Virus record (IMG/VR): IMGVR_UViG_3300037117_000093
Location: 1-58,168 of that record
DNA length: 58,168 nucleotides
Strand: one strand, 5' to 3'
Source: a virus
Taxonomy: Duplodnaviria > Caudoviricetes
The stretch's first letter is position 1. Each line of letters starts with the position of its first letter. The notes beneath the pieces are model-generated. The model searched no databases and had not been told where the DNA came from. It worked only from the letters and a program-made list of their open reading frames with translations. The position numbers were made by a program, and so were the translations under genes. Positions 35,047-43,272 of this stretch are shown here, piece after piece.

Positions 35047-35643
35047 ATGAAAAATTACGTGATAGTGGACGGCAAGCGGATGAGCGTTGCTAAATTTCAG
35101 GCAGCGAAGGGCCTCAGCGTCGGCGGCTCGCTCTACCTCAGCGGCACGGCGATCACGGCGCTGCCCGAGGGGCTGAGCGTCGGCGGCTGGCTCGACCTCA
35201 GCGGCACGGCGATCACGGCGCTGCCCGAGGGGCTGAGCGTCGGCGGCTTGCTCTACCTCAGCGGCACGGCGATCACGGCGCTGCCCGAGGGGCTGAGCGT
35301 CGGCGGCTGGCTCGACCTCAGCGGCACGGCGATCACGGCGCTCCCCGAGGGGCTGAGCGTCGGCGGCTTGCTCAACCTCAGCGGCACGGCGATCACGGCG
35401 CTGCCCGAGGGGCTGAGCGTCGGCGGCTCGCTCGACCTCAGCGGCACGGCGATCACGAACGTCTTTTATGGTGCCACCGACCGGCGACGCTATCGGTTCT
35501 CCGGCGCGCGGTTGGCGAATGGTTGGCGCGTCTTAGCCGGCTGCCGGAATTTCTCGCCGGATGAGGCGCGGAGGCATTGGGCTGGCAATGCGGAATGCCT
35601 GGCGCTCGCCGAGGCAGTGATCGCAGCGGAGACCGGACGATGA
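35047..35643 (+). CDS. LRR-like 20-aa repeat protein with C-terminal AGCR..EARxHW domain
   Basis: GLSVGGxLxLSGTAITALPE x~6. Confidence 0.85.
   Translation: MKNYVIVDGKRMSVAKFQAAKGLSVGGSLYLSGTAITALPEGLSVGGWLDLSGTAITALPEGLSVGGLLYLSGTAITALPEGLSVGGWLDLSGTAITALPEGLSVGGLLNLSGTAITALPEGLSVGGSLDLSGTAITNVFYGATDRRRYRFSGARLANGWRVLAGCRNFSPDEARRHWAGNAECLALAEAVIAAETGR
35110..35457 (+). repeat. 60-bp coding tandem repeat, ~5.8 copies
   Basis: Near-identical sequence lines 35101-35401. Confidence 0.95.
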
Positions 35644-35822
35644 TCAGCGGTCTCTACCCGGCAACGCTTTCGCAGCAGAGCCCGGCGCGCTCGCTCGAAA
35701 CGCTGCTCGCCGAACTGGTCGAGCGCTTCAACGCGTTGCCGATGACCGATCCGGCTCGCGGCAAACTGGCGGCGAGAATACGCCAGATCGAGGATGAGAT
35801 TGCAGCGAGGCTACCGCTATGA
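35640..35822 (+). CDS. Hypothetical protein
   Basis: ATGA-coupled. Confidence 0.6.
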   Translation: MISGLYPATLSQQSPARSLETLLAELVERFNALPMTDPARGKLAARIRQIEDEIAARLPL

Positions 35823-35925
35823 TCGCTCGTAACCTCTTGTCAGACGCATTCGACCGTGCCGGGTCGTTCTTCGCCGGCCTCGCGCTGGCGGCGGCGATCT
35901 TCGTGCTGTTCTGCTGGTGAGCGTG

Positions 35926-36093
35926 ATGACGAGCCGCACCAATATTGAGTTCTCCGGCGAATTGCGCGGCGATTTGGCCGAGCGGTTCCGCAAGGAGTGC
36001 GAGCGCCGCAAGATCGAGCCGGCGACATTGGCCGCCGACATCCTCGAAACGGTCATCAAAGACGACCTGTTCGCGGCGGTGCTCGATGCCTGA
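35926..36093 (+). CDS. Small RHH-like protein (not in ORF track)
   Basis: LAADILETVIKDDLFAAVLD. Confidence 0.55.
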   Translation: MTSRTNIEFSGELRGDLAERFRKECERRKIEPATLAADILETVIKDDLFAAVLDA

Positions 36094-36304
36094 CCTATTC
36101 CCGCCGAGCATCGAACAGCAGATCGGCTGCGTGGAGCGCGAATGCCGCATGCGCGAGGCCGTGTACCCGAGGCAGGTCGCGCGCGGAAAGATGAATCAGG
36201 ATGACGCCGACCGCGAGCTTGCGGCGATGCGCGCCGTGCTCGAAACGCTGCGCCGGGTGCGCGTCGGCGAGACGCGGCCGGCCTGGGAGAGGAATGGGGA
36301 ATGA
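36086..36304 (+). CDS. Conserved phage hypothetical protein
   Basis: QIGCVERECRMREAVYPRQVARGKM. Confidence 0.75.
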   Translation: MPDLFPPSIEQQIGCVERECRMREAVYPRQVARGKMNQDDADRELAAMRAVLETLRRVRVGETRPAWERNGE

Positions 36305-36645
36305 TCGCGCAGCGCCGCATGGATCGTCCCGAGCCGGGCTTCTGGCTAGTGCGCCTCGCCAAAGGCGCGCCTCGGGTGCCGGCTTGCATCCGGGTCGTGC
36401 AAACGCTCGCCGAACCCGGCGATCCGCTCAACCTAATGGACCGTTCGCCGTTCATTGCGGCATTCGTCGCCGGCGAGCCGGTCGCGGTCGATGATGTTTG
36501 GCTGCACAAGGGCGAGCCGATCACCGAGGCTGAGCACAATTTCCGGGTCGCCGATCTGCGCTGGGCGCAGCAGCACGCGCCCGATGAGCCGCAGGCCAGC
36601 CCGCGCAAGCGCATCGACCTGATGCGGGCGCCGCTTCCGTTCTGA
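36301..36645 (+). CDS. Conserved phage hypothetical protein
   Basis: PEPGFW.VRL.KGAP.VPA..PRKRIDL. Confidence 0.75.
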   Translation: MIAQRRMDRPEPGFWLVRLAKGAPRVPACIRVVQTLAEPGDPLNLMDRSPFIAAFVAGEPVAVDDVWLHKGEPITEAEHNFRVADLRWAQQHAPDEPQASPRKRIDLMRAPLPF

Positions 36646-36699
36646 CTCACGAAAATATCAGTATGATCGCGCCATCGCCAATCGAGTTCTAACGGGAGA

Positions 36700-36927
36700 G
36701 TGAAAATGAAACAGGTTACGATCACGATCGACCATGATGAGGTCGAAGAAATCCTGCGTGAGCATCTGGCGCCGATGTTCCCGGGATTGCGCATCGATGA
36801 TATCGGCGGCCTTGGGTACGGTGACGTGACGGTTCGGCTACGAAAGCCTCATCCCCCAATCGAGGCTGCGCCCGAGCAAATTGAGCCGCCGTTGCGCGTC
36901 CCACTATCCATCGAAGATGAAATCTAG
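36700..36927 (+). CDS. Hypothetical protein
   Basis: GGGAG RBS. Confidence 0.6.
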   Translation: MKMKQVTITIDHDEVEEILREHLAPMFPGLRIDDIGGLGYGDVTVRLRKPHPPIEAAPEQIEPPLRVPLSIEDEI

Positions 36928-36946
36928 TTTTGAACGGGAGAGCGAA

Positions 36947-37768
36947 ATGGACCAGAACAACGACCTCGCTGAGCCGGGCATCGGCCACAATCTCGGCTTT
37001 GTCAGCCTCGACGCCGATGGCCGCGTGCTGCTCGACGCCGACGTGATGCGGGAATATCTCGACGAAGAAATCGGCGCCTTGATCGCGCGCAAGACCGAAC
37101 TGCTCGCCGGCGTCGGGCGCGCTCCGGCAACGATCGCCGATCAGGAAACCGCCGGAAAAGTCGCGGACCTGACGAAGCTGATCGCCGCGTGCATCAAGAA
37201 CGCCGAGGCTGATCGCGTTGCGCGGAAAGAGCCGTTCCTCGAGGGCGGTCGGGTGATCGATGGCGTGTTCCGCGGTATCACCGAGCCGCTGACCCGCGCC
37301 AAGGCCGATGTCGAGCGTCGGCTGACGCTGTATCAACGCGAGGCAGCCGAAGCCGAGCGTCGGCGCCGCGAGGAAATCGCCCGGCGCGAACGCGAGGAAG
37401 CCGAGCGGCTGGCGCGCGCGGCGGCAGAAGCCGAGGCCGCAGCGCAGACCGAGGCGGATGTCGATGAGGCGATCAGCGCCGATGCCCTGGCACAGCAGCG
37501 CGAGGCGGACGCGATCGCCGCGCGGAAGGCAGCGGAGGCGAAGCCGGCCGAACTGAGCCGGCAGCGCTCCGATTATGGTGCCGTCGCGAGCCTGCGCCGC
37601 TTCTGGGATATGGAGGGGCTGGACCGCGAGACACTTGACCTCAATACACTGCGCCCGTTCCTCCCGCTCGACGCGCTCGAAAAGGCCGTACGCGCCTTTG
37701 TCAAAGCCGGAGGCCGGGAGTTGAAGGGCGTGCGCATTTTCGAGAACACCGCGACTTCCGTGAGGTAG
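36947..37768 (+). CDS. Coiled-coil protein of the recombination module
   Basis: GIGHN; RKEPFL; GVRIFE. Confidence 0.75.
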   Translation: MDQNNDLAEPGIGHNLGFVSLDADGRVLLDADVMREYLDEEIGALIARKTELLAGVGRAPATIADQETAGKVADLTKLIAACIKNAEADRVARKEPFLEGGRVIDGVFRGITEPLTRAKADVERRLTLYQREAAEAERRRREEIARREREEAERLARAAAEAEAAAQTEADVDEAISADALAQQREADAIAARKAAEAKPAELSRQRSDYGAVASLRRFWDMEGLDRETLDLNTLRPFLPLDALEKAVRAFVKAGGRELKGVRIFENTATSVR

Positions 37769-37770
37769 CC

Positions 37771-38076
37771 ATGCCTGAGATCAAAACCGTAATCGTCGGC
37801 GCCAAGTTCCGCGGGCCCGGCGCCGTCACCGCGACCGCAGGGCTTGCCGAGGGCGACGATATCGAACTGCGCCGCGAGCCGAAAAACCAATACGACGCAA
37901 ACGCCTGCGCCTGCTATTTCCGTGGCGAGCATATCGGATACATTCCGGCCAAGCAGAACGGCGATATCGCCCGCGCGCTCGACGGGAGCCATGCTGTGAC
38001 GGCCGTTGTCGCCGACGCAGCAATCATGATCGGCGGCGGCATCAAGGAAGTGCCGCGGATCATCGTGCGATTTTAG
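37771..38076 (+). CDS. HIRAN domain protein
   Basis: VGAKFR; LRREPKNQYDANA; IGYIP. Confidence 0.88.
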   Translation: MPEIKTVIVGAKFRGPGAVTATAGLAEGDDIELRREPKNQYDANACACYFRGEHIGYIPAKQNGDIARALDGSHAVTAVVADAAIMIGGGIKEVPRIIVRF

Positions 38077-38085
38077 GAGAGAGCC

Positions 38086-39948
38086 ATGCCCGACGACATT
38101 CAGACCATCGCCCCCGCCGCGACGCAGCGCGACCTCGCGACGATGCCGATCGAGCAAGCGCTCGAACTCTATGCGCCGAATTTCGCGGCCGTGCTACCGC
38201 CGAACATTCCGGTCGATCACTTCCGCCGCATGGTCGTGACGGCGATCAACGTGCAGCCGGCGCTGATGAAGGCAGACCGGCGCACGCTGTTCAATTCGTG
38301 CGTGAAGTGCGCCAGCGATGGTTTGCTGCCGGACGGGCGCGAGGCAGCGCTCGTTATCTACAAGACGAAGATCAAAGACGGCATGGGGGCCGAACGGTGG
38401 ATCGACGCGGTGCAATACCTGCCGATGGTGGCCGGCATCCGCAAGCGGTTGCGCAACAGCGGCGAGGTGGACAGCGCCACGGCCGAGGTCGTTTATCGGA
38501 AGGATCGCTTCAAATATGCACTTGGCGACGGCTCATTCATCGAACACGAACCGCCCCCGCTCGACGAGGACCGCGGCGACGCGATTGGTGCCTATGCCAT
38601 TATCAAGCTGACCAGCGGCGAGGTGATCCGCGAGGTAATGAGCCTGCGGGAGATTGAGCGCGTGCGCGCGGTGAGCCGCAGCAAGGACAAAGGCCCGTGG
38701 GTTGATTGGTGGGGCGAGATGGCGCGCAAGACGGTGCTACGCCGTGCCGCTAAGGCCGCGCCGCAGGCGTCGACGCTCGAAAAGTTGCTGATGCGCGATG
38801 ATGACGAGGAAGAATTGCCGGACGCCGCATCGCTGCCGCCGGCGCCAGCCAGGCCGACTCGGCAACAATTCGCGCTGCCGCCGCAGGATTACGCCGACCC
38901 ACCCGCCGCCGAGCCGGCGCAGACCTTCGCCGTCATCGACCTCGATGGCGTCGAGATACAGTACGCGACGGCAGCCGAAGCCGCGAATGAGATCGCGCTG
39001 ATCCTGGCGCAAGCGGCCAAGCGCGGTCCCGAGGCGCTGGAGGGCGCCCTTGAGCAGAACGAGCCGATCATGCGGCTCGGCGATGCGGCGGCCTCGGTCA
39101 TTGAGGCGTATAACGCGCTGTCGGCAGATTTGAAACAGACTTCGGCGCGCGAAGCGTCGGAGCGCTCTCAGGCCGGTGGTCTTGGCGGACCGGAGCCGGT
39201 CGGGGAGCGTCCCAATCATCCCCGTGCTGGTGCAGAGCCAGGCCGCGGCGGCGCAACCTTGCCGGAACGTGAACCCGGGAACGCGGCGCATGCCGAGGGC
39301 GGCCGAACAGCCGGTTCAATTCCGGCGACGGGGGCCACCGATGCCGCGCCAGATCGCCCGGTTCCGCAAGCGCTTATCGACCGCGGCGATGCGGTCGCGG
39401 TGAGCGGCAAGGACAAACTCAACGATTGGTGGAGCAACCTCTCGGCGTTCCAGCGCGGCGACCTCGGGGCCAAGGGCCGCGGGAGGGGACCGCATTACGA
39501 GCGATGGGAGACGGTCGCCACGGAGGCGGATGATGCCGCGCGCCAGCCGCCGCCAGCGCAGCAGAGTGCGGCGGCCAGTCCCAACCACCCGGCGCGCGCG
39601 CCCGTAGCGGCACCGGCCGCTCCCGCTGGCAATCTTCTGGCCGGCGATACCGAGCGCCGGGTGCCGAGACGCGTTCCGGAGCCGGAGCTGACCGCAAAGC
39701 CATTCGACCCGGCCGCCACGCTGCGCGGATCGCTCGCCATCGAGCCGGTGATGAACAATGGGCGCCCAGACTGGCGCGCTTGGTATGTGGCGCTGTTCGC
39801 CCCGAAGCTGCGCCAGGCGACCGGCGAAACTCTCCCATTCCTGCTCGGCGATAACCAGGATCACCTGACGGCGGCGCGGAACGCGGGCTATGCGGCGGAA
39901 ATCGACGCCGCGGTCAAGGAAGCTTGGGCGAAGGTGGGTGCGCCCTAA
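38086..39948 (+). CDS. recT: RecT-family single-strand annealing protein with long C-terminal extension
   Basis: DGLLPDGREAALV; GPW...EMARKTVLRR. Confidence 0.9.
   Translation: MPDDIQTIAPAATQRDLATMPIEQALELYAPNFAAVLPPNIPVDHFRRMVVTAINVQPALMKADRRTLFNSCVKCASDGLLPDGREAALVIYKTKIKDGMGAERWIDAVQYLPMVAGIRKRLRNSGEVDSATAEVVYRKDRFKYALGDGSFIEHEPPPLDEDRGDAIGAYAIIKLTSGEVIREVMSLREIERVRAVSRSKDKGPWVDWWGEMARKTVLRRAAKAAPQASTLEKLLMRDDDEEELPDAASLPPAPARPTRQQFALPPQDYADPPAAEPAQTFAVIDLDGVEIQYATAAEAANEIALILAQAAKRGPEALEGALEQNEPIMRLGDAAASVIEAYNALSADLKQTSAREASERSQAGGLGGPEPVGERPNHPRAGAEPGRGGATLPEREPGNAAHAEGGRTAGSIPATGATDAAPDRPVPQALIDRGDAVAVSGKDKLNDWWSNLSAFQRGDLGAKGRGRGPHYERWETVATEADDAARQPPPAQQSAAASPNHPARAPVAAPAAPAGNLLAGDTERRVPRRVPEPELTAKPFDPAATLRGSLAIEPVMNNGRPDWRAWYVALFAPKLRQATGETLPFLLGDNQDHLTAARNAGYAAEIDAAVKEAWAKVGAP
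39220..39337 (+). other. Degenerate tRNA-like structure inside recT
   Basis: Acceptor CCCCGT/ACGGGG; T arm GCCGG-TTCAATT-CCGGC; terminal GCCA. Confidence 0.5.
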
Positions 39949-40547
39949 GCCGCCGTGCCGCGGTGGTAGCGCCAGTCCTCTAGCGCAAGCGCCGCCTCGG
40001 CGCGCGGGTCGGTTCCCCAGGGAATGTTCGTGCTCCAGACGCGCGGCAAGACCTCGACGCGCACCGCAAATACCCCAGGCGAGATTTTGGACGGAGCGAG
40101 CCAGCATGCCGACAGCACCTCGCTAACCTCGCTGGTATCCTCGGCGCCCTCCGAGCACATCCAGCTATCGGGTTCTCGCCAGTTTCTGGTCAGGCCGAAC
40201 GGGACGAGAAACGAGACGATCGACCGCCAGTCGTAGGGTTTCCCCAGCTTTACCCGATGCGCCGCCCAGAACGCGGAGAACTGCTGATCGGTGACGGGGA
40301 CCGTCAGGATGTCGCATTGGTGGAACGTGGTGTAGCCAGGAGGCCTTAACTGAAACCCGCGCGGCACCCCCGCCAGCCTGTCATTGCGCGCCCCGTAGAG
40401 CCAGCCTTCGATCGCCCAATCCAGCCCGGCCGGAACGATCGTGTCGACATGGCTACGGCCACCCGAGTAGCCCGCGATGAACGCAGACCCGATATCCGGC
40501 ATGAACCGCCGACCGCCGACGATAATGCGAAATTGCAGGAACTTCAT
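39945..40547 (-). CDS. Permuted papain-like (YiiX/YaeF, C92) amidase
   Basis: SHVD; GAR; LGKPYD; WREPDSWMCSE. Confidence 0.75.
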   Translation of the reverse strand: MKFLQFRIIVGGRRFMPDIGSAFIAGYSGGRSHVDTIVPAGLDWAIEGWLYGARNDRLAGVPRGFQLRPPGYTTFHQCDILTVPVTDQQFSAFWAAHRVKLGKPYDWRSIVSFLVPFGLTRNWREPDSWMCSEGAEDTSEVSEVLSACWLAPSKISPGVFAVRVEVLPRVWSTNIPWGTDPRAEAALALEDWRYHRGTAA

Positions 40548-40578
40548 GGCCGGAACGTCACGATCGTGAACGGCCGGC

Positions 40579-40956
40579 TCATTTCGCCGGGGGCGCGATC
40601 GCCGCGGTCAATGGCGGGATGATCTGGTTGAGAAGCCATGCGGCCTGCTGCGCCGGCGTCGTCGTGTCGTTCAACGGCGGCCCGTTCAGGCAATAGGCGT
40701 CGCCCATGCCCTTGACGACACCGATCGCGGCGCCGGCAGCGCCGCCGGTCGCACCGCTCGCCGCAGCAAGGCCGATGTTTATGCTCCCCTGCAACAGCGG
40801 ATTGGCCTCGACTGAGTGCAGCGTCGCGCATGCTTGGGCGATGACCGGCGCGGCCTTCGCCTCGAAGGCGATTACCTGAGCTTGCTGCGCCGTCGAGCAG
40901 GAAGCGAGGGCGAACAGAGAGATGCCGGCGAGAACGCGGCGGGTGAGCGAGGTCAT
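40579..40956 (-). CDS. Lipoprotein in lysis region
   Basis: MTSLTRRVLAGISLFALAS-C. Confidence 0.7.
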   Translation of the reverse strand: MTSLTRRVLAGISLFALASCSTAQQAQVIAFEAKAAPVIAQACATLHSVEANPLLQGSINIGLAAASGATGGAAGAAIGVVKGMGDAYCLNGPPLNDTTTPAQQAAWLLNQIIPPLTAAIAPPAK

Positions 40957-40960
40957 GGGT

Positions 40961-41119
40961 TCAAAGCCTTCCCGATAGAAGTAGCACGATCAGAACGATG
41001 ATGATGATCGTCCCGAGGCCGATGCCGCCGTAGCCGAAGCCGACATTGCCGCCGCGGTAGGCGAAGCCGCCCCCGCCCATGAGGATGACCACAAGAACGA
41101 TCAGCAGAATGAGGCCCAT
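40961..41119 (-). CDS. DUF3309-like small Gly-rich 2-TM protein (not in ORF track)
   Basis: MGLILLIVLVVILMGGGG..GGIGLGTIIIIVLIVLLLSGRL. Confidence 0.7.
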   Translation of the reverse strand: MGLILLIVLVVILMGGGGFAYRGGNVGFGYGGIGLGTIIIIVLIVLLLSGRL

Positions 41120-41298
41120 CACGGCGTCTCCGACTTGGTGAAATAGGTCGCGGCGAACGTGAGGCCCGCAGAGAGAACCGTCGTCATTGCTGCCTGGACC
41201 TCGGGCGGCGCGGGATGCCCGAAGGCCCAGAAGCCAATCATGCAGATGGCGCCGGCGAGTGCCGTCGACCCCGAGGCCGCGACCGCCTTATTCGGCAA
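41119..41298 (-). CDS. Putative 2-TM holin (not in ORF track)
   Basis: PNKAVAAS..ALAGAICMIGFW..PPEVQAAMTTVL..ATYFT. Confidence 0.6.
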   Translation of the reverse strand: MPNKAVAASGSTALAGAICMIGFWAFGHPAPPEVQAAMTTVLSAGLTFAATYFTKSETP

Positions 41299-41299
41299 G

Positions 41300-41560
41300 T
41301 TACGGGGCCGGCGTGGTCGTGCCGCCGCCGGCCGCTGCCGGGCCGCTTGCTGGCGCCGGGACGCTGGTCGCCGCCGTGACGGCCACCATCACCGCAGGGG
41401 CTGCGGTCGCGATATCGTTGAGCACGGACACGGCCTTCTGCTCCGGCGTGTCGCTGCTGTTGACCTCGGTCTTTGCTGCTTCGAAGACCTGAAATAGCCC
41501 CTCGACCGTCGAGCCGATCGGCTTGATGTTGGCGAGGATCGTGGCGAGCCATGTGGGCAT
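41300..41560 (-). CDS. Hypothetical protein in lysis region
   Basis: ORF after endolysin. Confidence 0.6.
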   Translation of the reverse strand: MPTWLATILANIKPIGSTVEGLFQVFEAAKTEVNSSDTPEQKAVSVLNDIATAAPAVMVAVTAATSVPAPASGPAAAGGGTTTPAP

Positions 41561-41618
41561 GATGCAATTCCCGTTGGATTGAGGATCTTCGGTTCGCCAT
41601 TTATGCGCGCGATGACCG

Positions 41619-42467
41619 CTATTTTGCAAGCGCCGCAAAGGTCAGCGGCCCGACCGCGCCGTCCGCGGTCAAGCCGTTTGCCTTCTGGAACGCCCGCACG
41701 GCGGCATCCGTGTCCGGCCCGAATACCCCGTCAACGGTGATCATCCCGAGCTTGGTCTGCAAATCCGTCACATCAGCGCCGCTCATCGGCGGGTCGGTCA
41801 GCCGCAGGAAGCGGTGCGGCTCTGTTGGCGCGGGTCCCGGAGCCGCTGGCGCAGAACTAGCCGCAGCGGCTGCCTGATGCCTGGCATAGGCGGCGCCGAT
41901 CATCGCGGCGTAGTGATCGACCTGGCCCGGTCCATTATAATGCAGCGCGAAGGTCGCCCAATCCTGATCCGCCAGCGCCGCGTCGAGACGGCCGTGTCGG
42001 CAGAATGCGACGAAAGCCGCCAGGTGCTGCGCTTCGCCTTCGCACATCGCGCCGACAAAGCTCTCAACGTCAGGGAAGCCACAGACGGCGAAGTTCTCGC
42101 CCATGACCTGAAACCGCCCCCAGCTCGCGCTTTGGAGCGCCGCCGTCCGGTCCAGCGCAATCGCCTCGGCGAGCCGATCGTATTGGTGCGCGCCGGCCGC
42201 CCCGTACAGCGATCGATCCCATGCCGGCGAACTGACGTTCGGATTGCTGCGGTCCCATCGCCCTGCGGTCAGGCCGTGGAAAGTATGAGCCTCGAAAAGT
42301 ATCTTCGGGCGCCCATCGCCATTACCGAGAAAACCGCCGCCGGCGCTCTCGACATCGCAGACGGCCTCGACCGCGGCTAGGTCGCAATCAAGCGCCGTCG
42401 CGGCAGCCGCGAGGTCAGCCGGAGTAAGCGGCGTTGCTGCGCCGCGAAAATCGAGAGGAATGGTCAT
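41619..42467 (-). CDS. Endolysin: DUF3380-type N-acetylmuramidase + PG_binding_1
   Basis: VES.GGGF..RPKILFEAH; SASWGRFQVMGEN; YNGP; DGVFGPDT..VRAFQ. Confidence 0.93.
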   Translation of the reverse strand: MTIPLDFRGAATPLTPADLAAAATALDCDLAAVEAVCDVESAGGGFLGNGDGRPKILFEAHTFHGLTAGRWDRSNPNVSSPAWDRSLYGAAGAHQYDRLAEAIALDRTAALQSASWGRFQVMGENFAVCGFPDVESFVGAMCEGEAQHLAAFVAFCRHGRLDAALADQDWATFALHYNGPGQVDHYAAMIGAAYARHQAAAAASSAPAAPGPAPTEPHRFLRLTDPPMSGADVTDLQTKLGMITVDGVFGPDTDAAVRAFQKANGLTADGAVGPLTFAALAK

Positions 42468-43261
42468 GTCACCGTCCATGAAGCGGTTGCTGATCGCGAA
42501 ACCCATTGCCCGGCAGCATGAGCCTCGATCGCGAGCGTGGCAAATGGGGTGTTTGTCTGCGCATTCCCGCCCCCCGCGCTGTTCGTCCCGCCGATTGCGA
42601 TCTTGTCCGTGCCTGCGCAGAGGATTTCGACCGTGAATGCGGCGCTCACCAGGAATTCGTAGCTGAGACCGCGGGCCGCAGCCGGAAGGCTGAAGATCAC
42701 GGTCCCCGAGGCACCGATGTTGTCGAAATGCGTCCCGTTGTCGATCGTCGAAACCGTGTAATTCGTCGTCTTGCTGACCATAGGAACCGGAGGTCCGGTT
42801 CCTGGAATAAATGGCGCCGCAAACGGTGTGTAGTAATTAGCGCCACCGCTCAAAACCAAAGCAGCCCATCCACCAGGCAAGGTGAAGCTGCTCACGCCGT
42901 TAATAAGGCTAGTTGTTGGCGTTAGCGTGACGAGGCCGGATCCTTCATTGGCGACTATGAAACAAGCACCATCCTGGAAATTATTAGCAACCCCTGCTTG
43001 CGGCAACGTGACCGCAACCGGAGAAGCGTCATTAAAGACGACAAAACCGCCCTGATCGGAGGGCTGAATAGTATAGGCCGTGACCCCCGCATGGGCATGC
43101 AACGGGAAACCACCAACGATCCATCCCCCCAGTGTTGTTCCGTCCATCACATGAAGAGAAACATCATCAGTATTTACGACTAGTTGTCCAGGCGACCCTC
43201 CGACGCCATTGAAGGCGGCAATTGTTGCCGTCGTTCCGATTACCTGTTCAACCGGGATCAT
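42464..43261 (-). CDS. Tail fibre with Mtd_N-like N-terminus
   Basis: GQLVVNTDD.SLHVMDGTTLGG; repeated YT..D.G..N..V..LP.A modules. Confidence 0.7.
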   Translation of the reverse strand: MIPVEQVIGTTATIAAFNGVGGSPGQLVVNTDDVSLHVMDGTTLGGWIVGGFPLHAHAGVTAYTIQPSDQGGFVVFNDASPVAVTLPQAGVANNFQDGACFIVANEGSGLVTLTPTTSLINGVSSFTLPGGWAALVLSGGANYYTPFAAPFIPGTGPPVPMVSKTTNYTVSTIDNGTHFDNIGASGTVIFSLPAAARGLSYEFLVSAAFTVEILCAGTDKIAIGGTNSAGGGNAQTNTPFATLAIEAHAAGQWVSRSATASWTVT

Positions 43262-43272
43262 AGGCGTCCCCC

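Noticed and set aside
35110-35457. CRISPR array or DGR template/variable repeat
   Set aside because: In-frame coding repeats with no unique spacers; variation is not adenine-specific; no reverse transcriptase or cas genes in the window
39220-39337. Canonical functional tRNA gene
   Set aside because: No 7-nt anticodon loop, non-standard D loop and linker, and inside a CDS; kept only as tRNA-like
42464-43261. DGR target suggested by the Mtd_N-like domain
   Set aside because: No second copy of its 3' end and no reverse transcriptase seen
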